DNA from: Tepidisphaera sp. | GTDB taxonomy: Bacteria; Planctomycetota; Phycisphaerae; Phycisphaerales; UBA1924 | Direction: 5' to 3' | Length of the DNA: 64,000 nt | NCBI GenBank assembly: GCA_050916045.1 | Contig: CP051526.1 | Location: forward strand, 3,487,015 to 3,551,014 | In this document: positions 7,274 to 16,367 of the stretch, in pieces | Numbering within the stretch: position 1 is the stretch's first letter | Layout of the letters: every line of letters begins with the position of its first letter | Notes under the pieces: generated by a model | Databases searched by the model: none | Told to the model about the DNA's origin: nothing | The model's input: only the letters and a program-made list of their open reading frames with translations | Made by a program: the position numbers and the translations under genes

Positions 7274-8455
7274 ATGTTCGGCTCACACCTCTCCATCGCC
7301 GGCTCGATGGTCAACGCCCTCACCGAAGCCGTCACCCTCGGCCTCGACACCGTCCAGGTCTTCACCAAAAACCAGCAGCAATGGGCCGCCAAGCCGCTCG
7401 ATCCCGGCATGGTCCGCGACTGGCACGCCAAGGTGACGGAGATCGGCTTCGATCAAGGCGGACCCGTCGACGCCAAAGGCAAGCACCGCGGCGGCATCAC
7501 AAGCCACGCTTCCTACCTCATCAACCTCGCCGCGCCCGACGACACGCTCTGGAACAAGTCGATCGACCTCATGGTCGACGAGATCGAACGCTGCGAAACC
7601 CTCGGCATCCCCTTCCTCGTCCACCACCCCGGCGCCTACACCACCTCCTCGCTCGAAGCCGGCCTCGCCCGCATCGCCTCCGCGTACAAGATGCTCTTCC
7701 AGCGCACCAAGGGCTTCGCCACCGTCTCCTGCCTCGAAGGCACCGTCGGCGCCGGCTCACAGATCGGCGGCCCCTTCGAAGAACTCGCAAGCCTCCGCGC
7801 TCAGATCATCGAAACCACCGGCGAGCCCGCCCGCATCGGCTTCTGCCTCGACACCTGCCACATGCACGCCGCCGGATACGACATGGCCACACGGACTTCG
7901 GGCGACAAAGCCCTCGCCGAGTTCGACCGCCTCTGCGGCCTCGACCACCTCAAAGCCTTCCACCTCAACGACAGCAAAGGCCCCGTCGGAAGCCACCTCG
8001 ACCGCCACATGCACATCGGCGAAGGCACCATCGGCGGCGGAGGGGTCGGACACCCTCCCGGCGACTTCGCCCGCGTCCAAGACTCCGGCTTCGCGTCCGT
8101 CGTGAACCACCCCAAGCTCGCACGCGTACCCAAGCATCTCGAAACCCCCAAGGACGACCCCGTCGGCGGCGTCGCTTGGGACACCCTCAACGTCGCCCGC
8201 CTCCGCGCCCTCCTCCCCGGCCAAGCCGCCCTCTGGCCCGCCCGGTCCGAAGCCCCCGTCTCCAAAGCCGCCACCACCGAACCCAAACTCGCGAAAACTA
8301 CAGCCGCTCCCGCCAAAACCCCGACCAAACCCAAAGCCGCACCCCGCCCGGGAAAGCCCGCCGCCAAGGGCCAACAATCGACCGCGAGCAAAGGCCAAGC
8401 CAAACCGGCTCCCAAGCCCGCTCGCAAGCCCATCAAGGGGCGCGCCAAAGCCTGA
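7274..8455 (+). CDS. nfo: deoxyribonuclease IV (endonuclease IV) with a 71-aa Lys/Ala/Pro-rich C-terminal tail
   Basis: Track ORF 7130..8455 trimmed to the ATG at 7274 (MFGSHLSIAGSMVNALTEA). Nfo-like segments are HASYLINLA, FLVHHPGAY, GFCLDTCHMHAAGYD and FHLNDSK. The tail is ARSEAPVSKAATTEPKLAKTTAAPAKTPTKPKAAPRPGKPAAKG...KPIKGRAKA. Confidence 0.85.
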   Translation: MFGSHLSIAGSMVNALTEAVTLGLDTVQVFTKNQQQWAAKPLDPGMVRDWHAKVTEIGFDQGGPVDAKGKHRGGITSHASYLINLAAPDDTLWNKSIDLMVDEIERCETLGIPFLVHHPGAYTTSSLEAGLARIASAYKMLFQRTKGFATVSCLEGTVGAGSQIGGPFEELASLRAQIIETTGEPARIGFCLDTCHMHAAGYDMATRTSGDKALAEFDRLCGLDHLKAFHLNDSKGPVGSHLDRHMHIGEGTIGGGGVGHPPGDFARVQDSGFASVVNHPKLARVPKHLETPKDDPVGGVAWDTLNVARLRALLPGQAALWPARSEAPVSKAATTEPKLAKTTAAPAKTPTKPKAAPRPGKPAAKGQQSTASKGQAKPAPKPARKPIKGRAKA

Positions 8456-8472
8456 CCTCAACCGGAGACGCG

Positions 8473-9504
8473 ATGACCCTTCAGCCTCGTCCGCACGCCC
8501 GACTCGCCACCCTCGCTTCCGCAGCTCTCCTCGCGCTCGCCGCCGGCGGATGCCGCTACGAGCCCTACACCGTCCAGAAGCCCGATGTCTCCTCCCCCCC
8601 CAAGCTCAAGTCCACCGACCGCGTCGCCGCCGAGTCCGTCCTTCGCGCCCGCCGCCTCCTCGACCAGGGCCTCGACACCCAGGCTCTCTCCGAGTTCGAG
8701 CGCGCCATCGAGAACAACCCCCTCCTCGTCGGCGCCTACATGTCCGCCGGCGACATCTACATGAAGCAGGGCGATTTCGACATGGCCGCCCTCCGCTTTG
8801 GCGAAGCCGCCCGCCTCGCCCCGCAAAGCTACGACGCCAACTTCAAGTGGGGTCAGGCTCTCCAGGCCCTCGGTCAGGCCGTCGAAGCCGTCCGCGCCTA
8901 CCTCATCGCGCTGGCCATCAAGCCCAACGACCCCGCCGCCAACATGAACGTCAGCGTCGCCTACCTCCAGATGAACGACGCCGAACGCGCCCTCCCCTAC
9001 GCCGAAAAAGCCGTCAAGCTCGAACCCATGAACCCCAAAGCCCACACCAACCTGGGCTCCATCTACTCCGCTCTCGGTCGCCACGACGAAGCCGTCAGCG
9101 AATACCTCCAGGCCAACGAGCTCCTGCCCCCCTCCACGCAGGTCCTCCTCAACCTCGCCGACAGCCTCATCAAGTCCAACCAGCTCGAGCAGGCCGCCAA
9201 CACCCTCGAGCAGGTTATCAAGATCGAGCCCTCCGCCAACGCCTACGAACGCCTCGGCTTCGTCAACTTCCGCATGCGCAAGTACGAGGAGTCCAAAGCC
9301 GCGTTCCTCACCGCGCTGGAAATCGACCCGAACCACTTCCCCTCTCTCAACGGCGCCGCCGTCTGCTACCTCAACGCCTACGAGTTCGAGAAGAACGACG
9401 CCGACCGGCAGGAAGCCGTCAAGCTCCTCCGCCGCTCGCTCACCCTCAACCGCGATCAGCCGCGCTTCGCCGCGTTCCTCGCCAAGTATCAACTCGCGAA
9501 GTAA
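8473..9504 (+). CDS. TPR-repeat protein, probable lipoprotein
   Basis: In-frame ATG at 8473 within track ORF 7381..9504. The N-terminus MTLQPRPHARLATLASAALLALAAGGC is signal/lipobox-like. Several 34-aa TPR-like repeats follow (for example AYMSAGDIYMKQGDFDMAALRFGEAARLAP). Confidence 0.75.
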   Translation: MTLQPRPHARLATLASAALLALAAGGCRYEPYTVQKPDVSSPPKLKSTDRVAAESVLRARRLLDQGLDTQALSEFERAIENNPLLVGAYMSAGDIYMKQGDFDMAALRFGEAARLAPQSYDANFKWGQALQALGQAVEAVRAYLIALAIKPNDPAANMNVSVAYLQMNDAERALPYAEKAVKLEPMNPKAHTNLGSIYSALGRHDEAVSEYLQANELLPPSTQVLLNLADSLIKSNQLEQAANTLEQVIKIEPSANAYERLGFVNFRMRKYEESKAAFLTALEIDPNHFPSLNGAAVCYLNAYEFEKNDADRQEAVKLLRRSLTLNRDQPRFAAFLAKYQLAK

Positions 9505-9551
9505 CCCCACTCCAACGCTTCGGGCGACGCGCCCCACAGGACCCCCGCCGC

Positions 9552-9929
9552 ATGGACCGTTCGCTTCTTGAGTGCTTCCCCGCTCCCACCGACACGCCCT
9601 TCGTCATCGAGCACATCTCCGACGAATTCACAAGCGTCTGCCCCAAGACCGGCCACCCGGACTTCGGCGCCGTCACGCTCATCTACCAGCCACGCCCCGC
9701 CAAAGCCGGCGGCCTCTGTGTCGAGCTCAAAAGCCTCAAGCTCTACTACCAGGCCTTCCGCAACAAGGGCATCTTCTACGAAGCGGTCACCAACCAGATC
9801 CGCGATGACCTCGCGTCCGTGATCAACCCCGCCTGGCTCATCATCCGCACCGACTGGCGCGGCCGCGGCGGCATCCGCTCGATCATCCGCGCCGAGCAAG
9901 GCGACGTCCCGGCGCACCACCGGCACTGA
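9552..9929 (+). CDS. queF: NADPH-dependent 7-cyano-7-deazaguanine (preQ0) reductase, unimodular type
   Basis: In-frame ATG at 9552 within track ORF 8550..9929, giving 125 aa. The QueF motif EFTSVCPKTGHPDFG contains the catalytic Cys. The downstream GIFYEAVTNQI segment is also typical. Confidence 0.85.
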   Translation: MDRSLLECFPAPTDTPFVIEHISDEFTSVCPKTGHPDFGAVTLIYQPRPAKAGGLCVELKSLKLYYQAFRNKGIFYEAVTNQIRDDLASVINPAWLIIRTDWRGRGGIRSIIRAEQGDVPAHHRH

Positions 9930-9935
9930 CTCGCT

Positions 9936-10355
9936 TTAGCATCCCTGCTCGAACGCGCCGACGAACCCGTCGTAATCAAAGAAGTCGATGAACCCGTCCC
10001 GGTTGAAGTCCGCCTTCACGGTTCCGGACTCAAAACTCCCGACAAACTCGTCGTAATCGAAGAAGTCGACGAACCCGTCCCGGTTGAAGTCCGGCAGGCA
10101 GGGCACACGCTCGGGCGGGGCCGCCACGACCCAGTAGCCGCCGATCAGCTCCACGCCGTCTCCCGTCAGCGTCGTCGCGCCCTCCGGCTGGCCGATCGTC
10201 GCGACAAGCTCGTAGTCCCCGCCCGACAAAAGCCCGCCGCCACCATCCAGCGTCGACCAGATCAGCAGGTACTCATCGTTCGCCGACGCGGCCACGGCGC
10301 ACGCCATCGCGGCTCCCACACCCGCAAGCATCGCACTCCGCTTGAGGTTCTTCAT
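9936..10355 (-). CDS. secreted mini-protein: Gly-rich beta module plus GC-terminated dockerin
   Basis: 139-aa ORF with signal peptide [25 protein letters not shown]. It continues STLDGGGGLLSGGDYELVATIGQPEG...LIGGYW and ends CLPDFNRDGFVDFFDYDEFV...ADFNRDGFIDFFDYDGFVGAFEQGC-stop. Its ATG overlaps the stop of the upstream fibre gene (ATGA). Confidence 0.8.
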   Translation of the reverse strand: MKNLKRSAMLAGVGAAMACAVAASANDEYLLIWSTLDGGGGLLSGGDYELVATIGQPEGATTLTGDGVELIGGYWVVAAPPERVPCLPDFNRDGFVDFFDYDEFVGSFESGTVKADFNRDGFIDFFDYDGFVGAFEQGC

Positions 10356-13300
10356 CGCCGCACCGCCGGTTCAACGCGAACCGGGACCGCCGCAGCCGGC
10401 ATCTCCGGGCTGGGTGCGACCCGCATGCTCTCAGGCTTGCCGTACGCTTCCGGCGCGAGGAACTTCCCGATGTCCGCGCCCGTCTTGGGCTCTTCGACAG
10501 GCACGCGGTTCTTGTTCGCCCACGGGTCGCGGCGGACGCCGGTCACCGTCCACGACACCTCAAGCCCCTCGAACCCGCCCGCGATCTCGAACCGGCCGTC
10601 CTTCACCTTCGCCGCGATGTACACCGGAGCGTACCCGCCGACGCACGTCAGTTGATACCGGCAGTCGCCGTTGAGCGCCTCGAAGTAATCAGGCATCTCG
10701 ACCCACGCCCGGCCGCCCGGACCAAGCGTCGCGATGCCGTCGTAGAACGTCTTCATCTCCGGGCTTTCCATCGAGACGTGGTTCAGATACTTCCGCTCGG
10801 GATCCAACGGGTGATCGATCCGGAACGACTTGCTCGAAGCGAAGATCGACCCGGTGATGTTGACGTTGCCCGCGAACCAGCCCGCCCACGAATTGGTGAG
10901 CACCGGCGCCTCCGCGAACAGAGCGTACCTCGTGTTCCCGTTGATGGCCGTGCTGCTCACGTGACCGTAGATCGCCGTGCCCTGGTCGCTCGCGTTGGTC
11001 GCGAACAGGCCGAAGCTCGCTCCCGTCGAGGCCGTTGCCTTTGCCACCATGCCGCGCCCGAGCGACCCGGTCGCGATCCCCTGCACGCCGGTGAACGGCG
11101 AGGTGCCGAAGACCGCCGTGCCCGCCGATGAAGACGCTTGCGAGTAGACGCCGTAGTTGACGCCGGTGATCGCCGCGTTGCTCGCGAACACCGCGCGACC
11201 GTTGACGTTGTTCGTCTCCGCCCACACGCCGTTGAGATTGCCGTTGCCGTACACGCCCGTGCCCACCGCGGAAGAGCTCAAGCCCTGCACACCGAAAGCG
11301 TTGCCCGTCTGGCCCGAGTTGGTGCCAAGCACAGCCACGCCCGTGCTCGAGTTGCTCTCCCCCTGCACGCCCGCGCCAGCACCGAACCCATACGTCCCGA
11401 TGCCCGTCGGGCTGCTCGAAAGCCCGCGCACGCCGAACGAAAGCCCGCTCGACGCCGTGTTCAGCGCGTACACCGCGTTGCCGTTGGAATTGCTGCTCTG
11501 CGCGAGAATCGCGTTGTTCCCGCCGCTCACCACATGCAGCGAGTCAAGCGGCGTCGTCGTGCCGATGCCCACGCGCCCGGCCGTGTAATTGGTGTGCGCG
11601 CCGTTCAGATTCCACGGCGATGCACCCGCCGGCCCCACAGGCCCCTGCGGACCAGTATCGCCGGTCAAACCCTGCGGACCCTGAACACCCTGAGGCCCCT
11701 GCGGACCAGCGGGGCCCACCGGACCGGTCAAGCCCATCGGCCCCATCGGCCCGACGATTCCGCGTTCACCCTGCTTGCCCTCCGGACCTTCAAGCCCCTC
11801 AGGCCCCTGCGGACCCACCGGGCCCGGAACGCCTTGCGGACCCTGCAGACCTGCCGGACCGGTCGCGCCTGCCGGCCCCTCAACACCCTGCGGACCCATC
11901 AGGCCCTGCTCACCTTGCGGTCCCTGCGGACCGGCGGGACCAATGTCACCCTGCGGACCAGCGGGACCAGCGTCCCCCTGCAGGCCCTGAGGGCCTGCGG
12001 GACCAATGTCACCCTGTGGACCAGCGGGCCCGACGTCACCACGCGAAGCCACGAGTTCCCACGATGACGGGCTCGACGATGGATCGTTCCCGATGTTCGC
12101 TTCGACCACGCTCCGATACGACGACCCGCCGAAGGTCACCACGTCGCTGATCGCGTACGTCGATTCGACGCTCCATGAGCCACGCCACACCATCCCCGCA
12201 GCGCCCGCAGGACCAGCTTCTCCCTGCGGACCTTGAGGACCGGCGGGGCCGACGTCACCTTGCAGGCCCTGAGGGCCCGCGGGACCAATGTCACCCTGTG
12301 GACCAGCAGGACCAGCATCGCCCTGCGGGCCAGCAGGACCGACATCACCTTGCGGTCCTGCAGGACCGACATCACCCTGCGGACCAGCGGGGCCGACGTC
12401 GCCTTGCGGACCCTGAGGGCCAGCCGGACCAATGTCACCTTGCGGACCAGCGGGTCCGATGTCGCCTTGCGGCCCTTGCGGTCCAGCCGGACCAACATCC
12501 CCTTGCGGACCCGTCGCACCCTGTGTGCCCTTGATCGCAACCGGCGCCCACGAAGCAGGATTCGTCGAAGGCTCATTCGCGAGGTTCGGCTCAACCACGC
12601 TCCGGTACGACGAGCCGTCGAAGTACACGACATCATTGATCGCGTACGAAGTCTCCGCACTCCACTCACCACGCCACATCAGCCCCGGCGAGCCGGGAGG
12701 ACCCTCCGGACCCGCTGGACCCGCATCGCCCTGCGGGCCAGCGGGGCCAATATCGCCTTGCGGCCCAACCGGACCGGTCGGACCTGCATCGCCCTGAGGA
12801 CCTGTGGGACCAATGTCACCCTGCGGACCAGCGGGACCAACGTCACCCTGGGGCCCCTGAGGACCGACAGGACCGACGTCGCCCTGCAGACCTGCAGGAC
12901 CGACTTCACCTTGCGGACCCTGCGGACCCGCGGGACCAACGTCGCCCTGAGGGCCTGCGGGGCCCGTATCGCCCTGAAGTCCTTGCGGCCCTGCAGGACC
13001 GACATCACCCTGCGGTCCCTGCAGACCGGCGGGACCGACGTCACCTTGAAGGCCCTGAGGGCCTGCGGGACCAATGTCACCTTGTGGACCAGCGGGTCCG
13101 ACGTCACCACGCGAAGCCACGAGTTCCCACGACGCCGGGCTCGACGATGGATCGTTCCCGATATTCGCTTCGACCACGCTCCGGTACGACGACCCGCCAA
13201 AGGTCACCACATCGCTGATCGCGTACGTCGATTCGACGCTCCATGAACCCCGCCACACCATCCCCGCAGCGCCCGCAGGACCAGCTTCTCCCTGCGGACC

Positions 13301-15136
13301 TTGAGGACCTGCGGGACCGACATCACCTTGCAGGCCCTGAGGACCGGCGGGGCCGACGTCGCCTTGCAGGCCCTGAGGACCGGCGGGGCCGACGTCGCCT
13401 TGCAGGCCCTGAGGGCCGGCGGGGCCGACGTCGCCTTGCGGACCAACCGGACCGGCCGGACCTGCATCGCCCTGAGGGCCTGTGGGACCAATGTCACCCT
13501 GCGGACCAGCGGGACCAGCGTCCCCCTGCAGGCCCTGAGGGCCTGCGGGACCAATGTCACCCTGTGGACCAGCGGGCCCGACGTCACCACGCGAAGCCAC
13601 GAGTTCCCACGACGCCGGGCTCGACGATGGATCGTTCCCGATGTTCGCTTCGACCACGCTCCGATACGACGACCCGCCAAAGGTCACCACATCGCTGATC
13701 GCGTACGTCGATTCGACGTTCCATGAGCCACGCCACACCATCCCCGCAGCGCCCGCAGGACCAGCTTCTCCCTGCGGACCTTGAGGACCGGCGGGGCCGA
13801 CGTCACCTTGCAGGCCCTGAGGGCCAGCCGGACCAATATCACCTTGCGGTCCTGCAGGACCGACATCACCCTGCGGACCAGCGGGACCAGCATCGCCCTG
13901 CGGGCCTTGCTGGCCAGCAACGCCGTCCGCGCCCTTGATCGCAACGGGAGCCCAGAGCGCCGGGCTCATCACCGGATCGTTCCCCGTGTTGCCATCCGCG
14001 AGGCTTCGATACGACGAGCCACCAACGTACACCACGTCGTTGGTCGCGTACGTCGCTTCGACGCTCCACGTGCCAAGCCACACCAGCCCCGCTTGGCCCG
14101 AAGCGCCCTGCGGACCCACTTCCCCCTGCGGCCCCTGCGGACCGGCGGGACCTTGCTCACCCTGAATGCCCTGAGGACCGGCAGGACCGACTTCGCCCTG
14201 TGCACCCTGTGCACCCGCCGGGCCCTGCTCACCCTGAACACCCTGCGGGCCCGCCGGACCGACATCACCCTGCGGCCCCGCTTGCCCCTGCGGGCCCTGC
14301 GGACCGGCCGGACCCTGATCACCCTGAACCCCCGGTGAGCCCGTCGCGCCCTTCAAAGCCATCAGCGTCCACGCCGCCGGACTCGTCGTCGGATCGTTCC
14401 CGAGGTTCGCCGCGATCACGCTTCGATAGCTCGACCCGTCAAAGTAAACGACATCGTTCTCGGCATACGAGGTCCCGATGTCCCACGTCCCGCTCCACGT
14501 CACACCGCCCGGACCAGCCGGACCAGCGGGCCCTGCATTCCCCTGCGGCCCCGCGGGACCTACCGCACCCGCGTCACCCTGCGGACCAGCGGGGCCGACA
14601 TCACCCTGCGGCCCCATCGGACCAGCCGGCCCCACGTCACCCTGAGGTCCCGCAGGACCCGCCGGGCCTTGCTCACCCTGCGGGCCGGGAACCGTGTTCA
14701 GAGCGTGAATCGCGTACGGCGTCGCTTTGATCGCATGGCGCGAACCCAGAAGCGTGAAGCTCCCCGAACCGCCGGGCGCGCGCACTTCCACCTCAATCCA
14801 CCGCGCATCGCCCGGGAACGCGCCCGCTCCGAAATCAAGCTCGACGTTGAACCGACCCTCGACAAGCTCAAGCAGATCAATGCCGAGCGTCGAGCCGATC
14901 TGGTTCCCGCCCGCACCCGCGTCATAAAGCCGGAACCGAAAATCCGTCTGCCCGGCGATCAGCACACCGTTCTTCTTCACCTGGCCCTGGTACACAAAAC
15001 CAGTCCCCGTCGGTTCCGCCCACGCCGACCGCATCGGCAAAGCCACCCCCGCGACAGCGCCCAGCGCCATCATGACCGTTGCCAACCACGCACGCGTGCA
15101 GCGCTTCACCACGAGACCCTCCTCGGCCCACCCCAA
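10352..15136 (-). CDS. giant collagen-like triple-helix repeat fibre protein with six interspersed CBM5/12-like modules and a tail-fibre-like C-terminal region
   Basis: 1,594-aa ORF with a signal-like N-terminus, followed by a domain of about 110 aa (FVYQGQV...[10 protein letters not shown]). About 1,020 aa of G-X-Y repeats ([13 protein letters not shown]...) are interrupted six times by W.G.W...Y...DVV.F.GSSYRS...GNDP...P..W modules. A Gly/Ser-rich region of short repeats follows, then the domain [28 protein letters not shown]... The exact start is uncertain. Confidence 0.85.
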   Translation of the reverse strand: MGWAEEGLVVKRCTRAWLATVMMALGAVAGVALPMRSAWAEPTGTGFVYQGQVKKNGVLIAGQTDFRFRLYDAGAGGNQIGSTLGIDLLELVEGRFNVELDFGAGAFPGDARWIEVEVRAPGGSGSFTLLGSRHAIKATPYAIHALNTVPGPQGEQGPAGPAGPQGDVGPAGPMGPQGDVGPAGPQGDAGAVGPAGPQGNAGPAGPAGPGGVTWSGTWDIGTSYAENDVVYFDGSSYRSVIAANLGNDPTTSPAAWTLMALKGATGSPGVQGDQGPAGPQGPQGQAGPQGDVGPAGPQGVQGEQGPAGAQGAQGEVGPAGPQGIQGEQGPAGPQGPQGEVGPQGASGQAGLVWLGTWSVEATYATNDVVYVGGSSYRSLADGNTGNDPVMSPALWAPVAIKGADGVAGQQGPQGDAGPAGPQGDVGPAGPQGDIGPAGPQGLQGDVGPAGPQGPQGEAGPAGAAGMVWRGSWNVESTYAISDVVTFGGSSYRSVVEANIGNDPSSSPASWELVASRGDVGPAGPQGDIGPAGPQGLQGDAGPAGPQGDIGPTGPQGDAGPAGPVGPQGDVGPAGPQGLQGDVGPAGPQGLQGDVGPAGPQGLQGDVGPAGPQGPQGEAGPAGAAGMVWRGSWSVESTYAISDVVTFGGSSYRSVVEANIGNDPSSSPASWELVASRGDVGPAGPQGDIGPAGPQGLQGDVGPAGLQGPQGDVGPAGPQGLQGDTGPAGPQGDVGPAGPQGPQGEVGPAGLQGDVGPVGPQGPQGDVGPAGPQGDIGPTGPQGDAGPTGPVGPQGDIGPAGPQGDAGPAGPEGPPGSPGLMWRGEWSAETSYAINDVVYFDGSSYRSVVEPNLANEPSTNPASWAPVAIKGTQGATGPQGDVGPAGPQGPQGDIGPAGPQGDIGPAGPQGPQGDVGPAGPQGDVGPAGPQGDVGPAGPQGDAGPAGPQGDIGPAGPQGLQGDVGPAGPQGPQGEAGPAGAAGMVWRGSWSVESTYAISDVVTFGGSSYRSVVEANIGNDPSSSPSSWELVASRGDVGPAGPQGDIGPAGPQGLQGDAGPAGPQGDIGPAGPQGPQGEQGLMGPQGVEGPAGATGPAGLQGPQGVPGPVGPQGPEGLEGPEGKQGERGIVGPMGPMGLTGPVGPAGPQGPQGVQGPQGLTGDTGPQGPVGPAGASPWNLNGAHTNYTAGRVGIGTTTPLDSLHVVSGGNNAILAQSSNSNGNAVYALNTASSGLSFGVRGLSSSPTGIGTYGFGAGAGVQGESNSSTGVAVLGTNSGQTGNAFGVQGLSSSAVGTGVYGNGNLNGVWAETNNVNGRAVFASNAAITGVNYGVYSQASSSAGTAVFGTSPFTGVQGIATGSLGRGMVAKATASTGASFGLFATNASDQGTAIYGHVSSTAINGNTRYALFAEAPVLTNSWAGWFAGNVNITGSIFASSKSFRIDHPLDPERKYLNHVSMESPEMKTFYDGIATLGPGGRAWVEMPDYFEALNGDCRYQLTCVGGYAPVYIAAKVKDGRFEIAGGFEGLEVSWTVTGVRRDPWANKNRVPVEEPKTGADIGKFLAPEAYGKPESMRVAPSPEMPAAAVPVRVEPAVRR
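11624..14686 (-). repeat. coding G-X-Y (collagen) repeat tract with embedded long near-identical units
   Basis: There is a 9/18-nt periodicity (ggaccagcggggccgacgtcaccctgc...). Three copies of more than 230 bp are nearly identical (12006-12236, 13074-13304, 13554-13784). The almost identical antisense ORF peptides in the track show this. Confidence 0.95.
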
Positions 15137-15408
15137 TCCGTCTGATCCCGGCCGAGTCTCCCCTCGACGGGCTCATTTCCCTCTCCAATCTAACCCAAAC
15201 TGACCAAAACACCACCCCGACCACCCCGAACCGAGCATTTGCACATGTTTCGTCGCGACAATCGATTGCACGACCGAACATAATGCGAATAACTTATCCG
15301 CCCTTCGGACCCCTCAAGAACGCAACAAACGCGCCGTTCTCACGCGCAAAGCGTCAACTCTTCACATTCGCAGCACTTTCCCGCGCGGATTTGGGCAAAC
15401 TCTCGGAT

Positions 15409-16110
15409 TCAGGCCGAAGCCCGGCCGGCTTTCGCCGCGCGTCCGAAAGCGTCAGCCAAGTGATGAGCCGCCATGCAGAGCATCACCGCCGCCACAAATC
15501 CCGCCAGAAGCGTCCCGCCCAACCGCGCCCACGTGGGAATCGCCGCAAGTGAAGCTGCGATCCCAAGCCTCCCACCCAACGTCACCACCACCAGCAGCGC
15601 CAGCGACGGCATCGCCAAAAGCACACCCTTGATCGCCGGGACCCGAGACGCCCGATCTCGCTCGACCGCCGACCACAGAGCGATCACCGCCAGCGAAACC
15701 GCCACCAACACCTCGGCCGCCACCCAGAGCTTCATGTCCAGCGGACCCAGAACCCCTCGATGGGCGACAAAGCTCAGCATCCCCCCCACCAGAACCGAAC
15801 CCGCCGCGCACAAAAGCCCCAGCACCGGGCCCGCCGCAAAGCAGCCCCGGCTCCAGACAAGTCCGAAAACCCCGCCCAGAACGACCAGCCCCTGAAGGCC
15901 CGCCACCGCCCACAATGCCTCGGGCTGGGCCCGCGCCGCGAAAAAGCCAGCTCCGCACGCCGCGAGCATCACGCCCAGCGAGAGCACCGCCGCCGCCGCG
16001 CGCATCGCAAGCGGTGCCGGCGAGAACTCGGGCGCGACAGGCAAAGTCATCGGAAGGGGAGCAGTGGTCATGGTGTCACCATCGACAATCGGGCGGCCTG
16101 CGGACGGCAT
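15409..16110 (-). CDS. polytopic membrane protein, function unknown
   Basis: 233-aa ORF with about six hydrophobic helices (for example AAAAVLSLGVMLAACGAGFFAA and LALLVVVTLGG). Alternative ATG starts lie at 16071 and 16050. Confidence 0.55.
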   Translation of the reverse strand: MPSAGRPIVDGDTMTTAPLPMTLPVAPEFSPAPLAMRAAAAVLSLGVMLAACGAGFFAARAQPEALWAVAGLQGLVVLGGVFGLVWSRGCFAAGPVLGLLCAAGSVLVGGMLSFVAHRGVLGPLDMKLWVAAEVLVAVSLAVIALWSAVERDRASRVPAIKGVLLAMPSLALLVVVTLGGRLGIAASLAAIPTWARLGGTLLAGFVAAVMLCMAAHHLADAFGRAAKAGRASA

Positions 16111-16217
16111 TCGAGCGTACGTCCGCGCGTGCTTTGGGTTCGCTCATCCTATGTGGGCCCGGTAACCCCCCGCGCGACCCCCGGAACGTCCCATAGGCAA
16201 CGTCCAGTTTCTCCCGT

Positions 16218-16244
16218 TCAATACCCCGCACCAATAGCCCGATC
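16218..16244 (+). promoter_or_regulatory. candidate FliA (sigma-28)-type promoter upstream of fliD
   Basis: TCAA-N15-GCCCGATC compared with the enterobacterial consensus TAAA-N15-GCCGATAA. It lies about 125 nt upstream of the fliD ATG. This is motif resemblance only. Confidence 0.3.
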
Positions 16245-16367
16245 TACTGGGAGACACGTCTTCGCGCCCGAAATCCGTTTCGAGGGTGCGGTGGCGTGTG
16301 TCCGAGACGGGACGAAAGACCGGGCGATGGTTCGCGGGAACCACCCACCGAGTCGACGGAGGCGACC

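Noticed and set aside
9505-9551. Possible preQ1 riboswitch upstream of queF.
   Set aside because: The spacer is only 47 nt and lacks the conserved preQ1 aptamer loop sequence as I remember it. queF is probably co-transcribed with the upstream nfo and TPR genes.
11624-14686. Highly periodic short repeats that could be mistaken for a CRISPR array or satellite DNA.
   Set aside because: The period is 9/18 nt with no unique spacers. The tract is one continuous open reading frame encoding Gly-X-Y collagen repeats.
9936-15136. Tail-fibre-like protein as evidence of a prophage.
   Set aside because: No capsid, terminase, portal, baseplate, integrase or lysis genes appear anywhere nearby. The flanking genes are queF and a membrane protein. 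The protein has a Sec-type signal peptide, which fits a cellular surface fibre.
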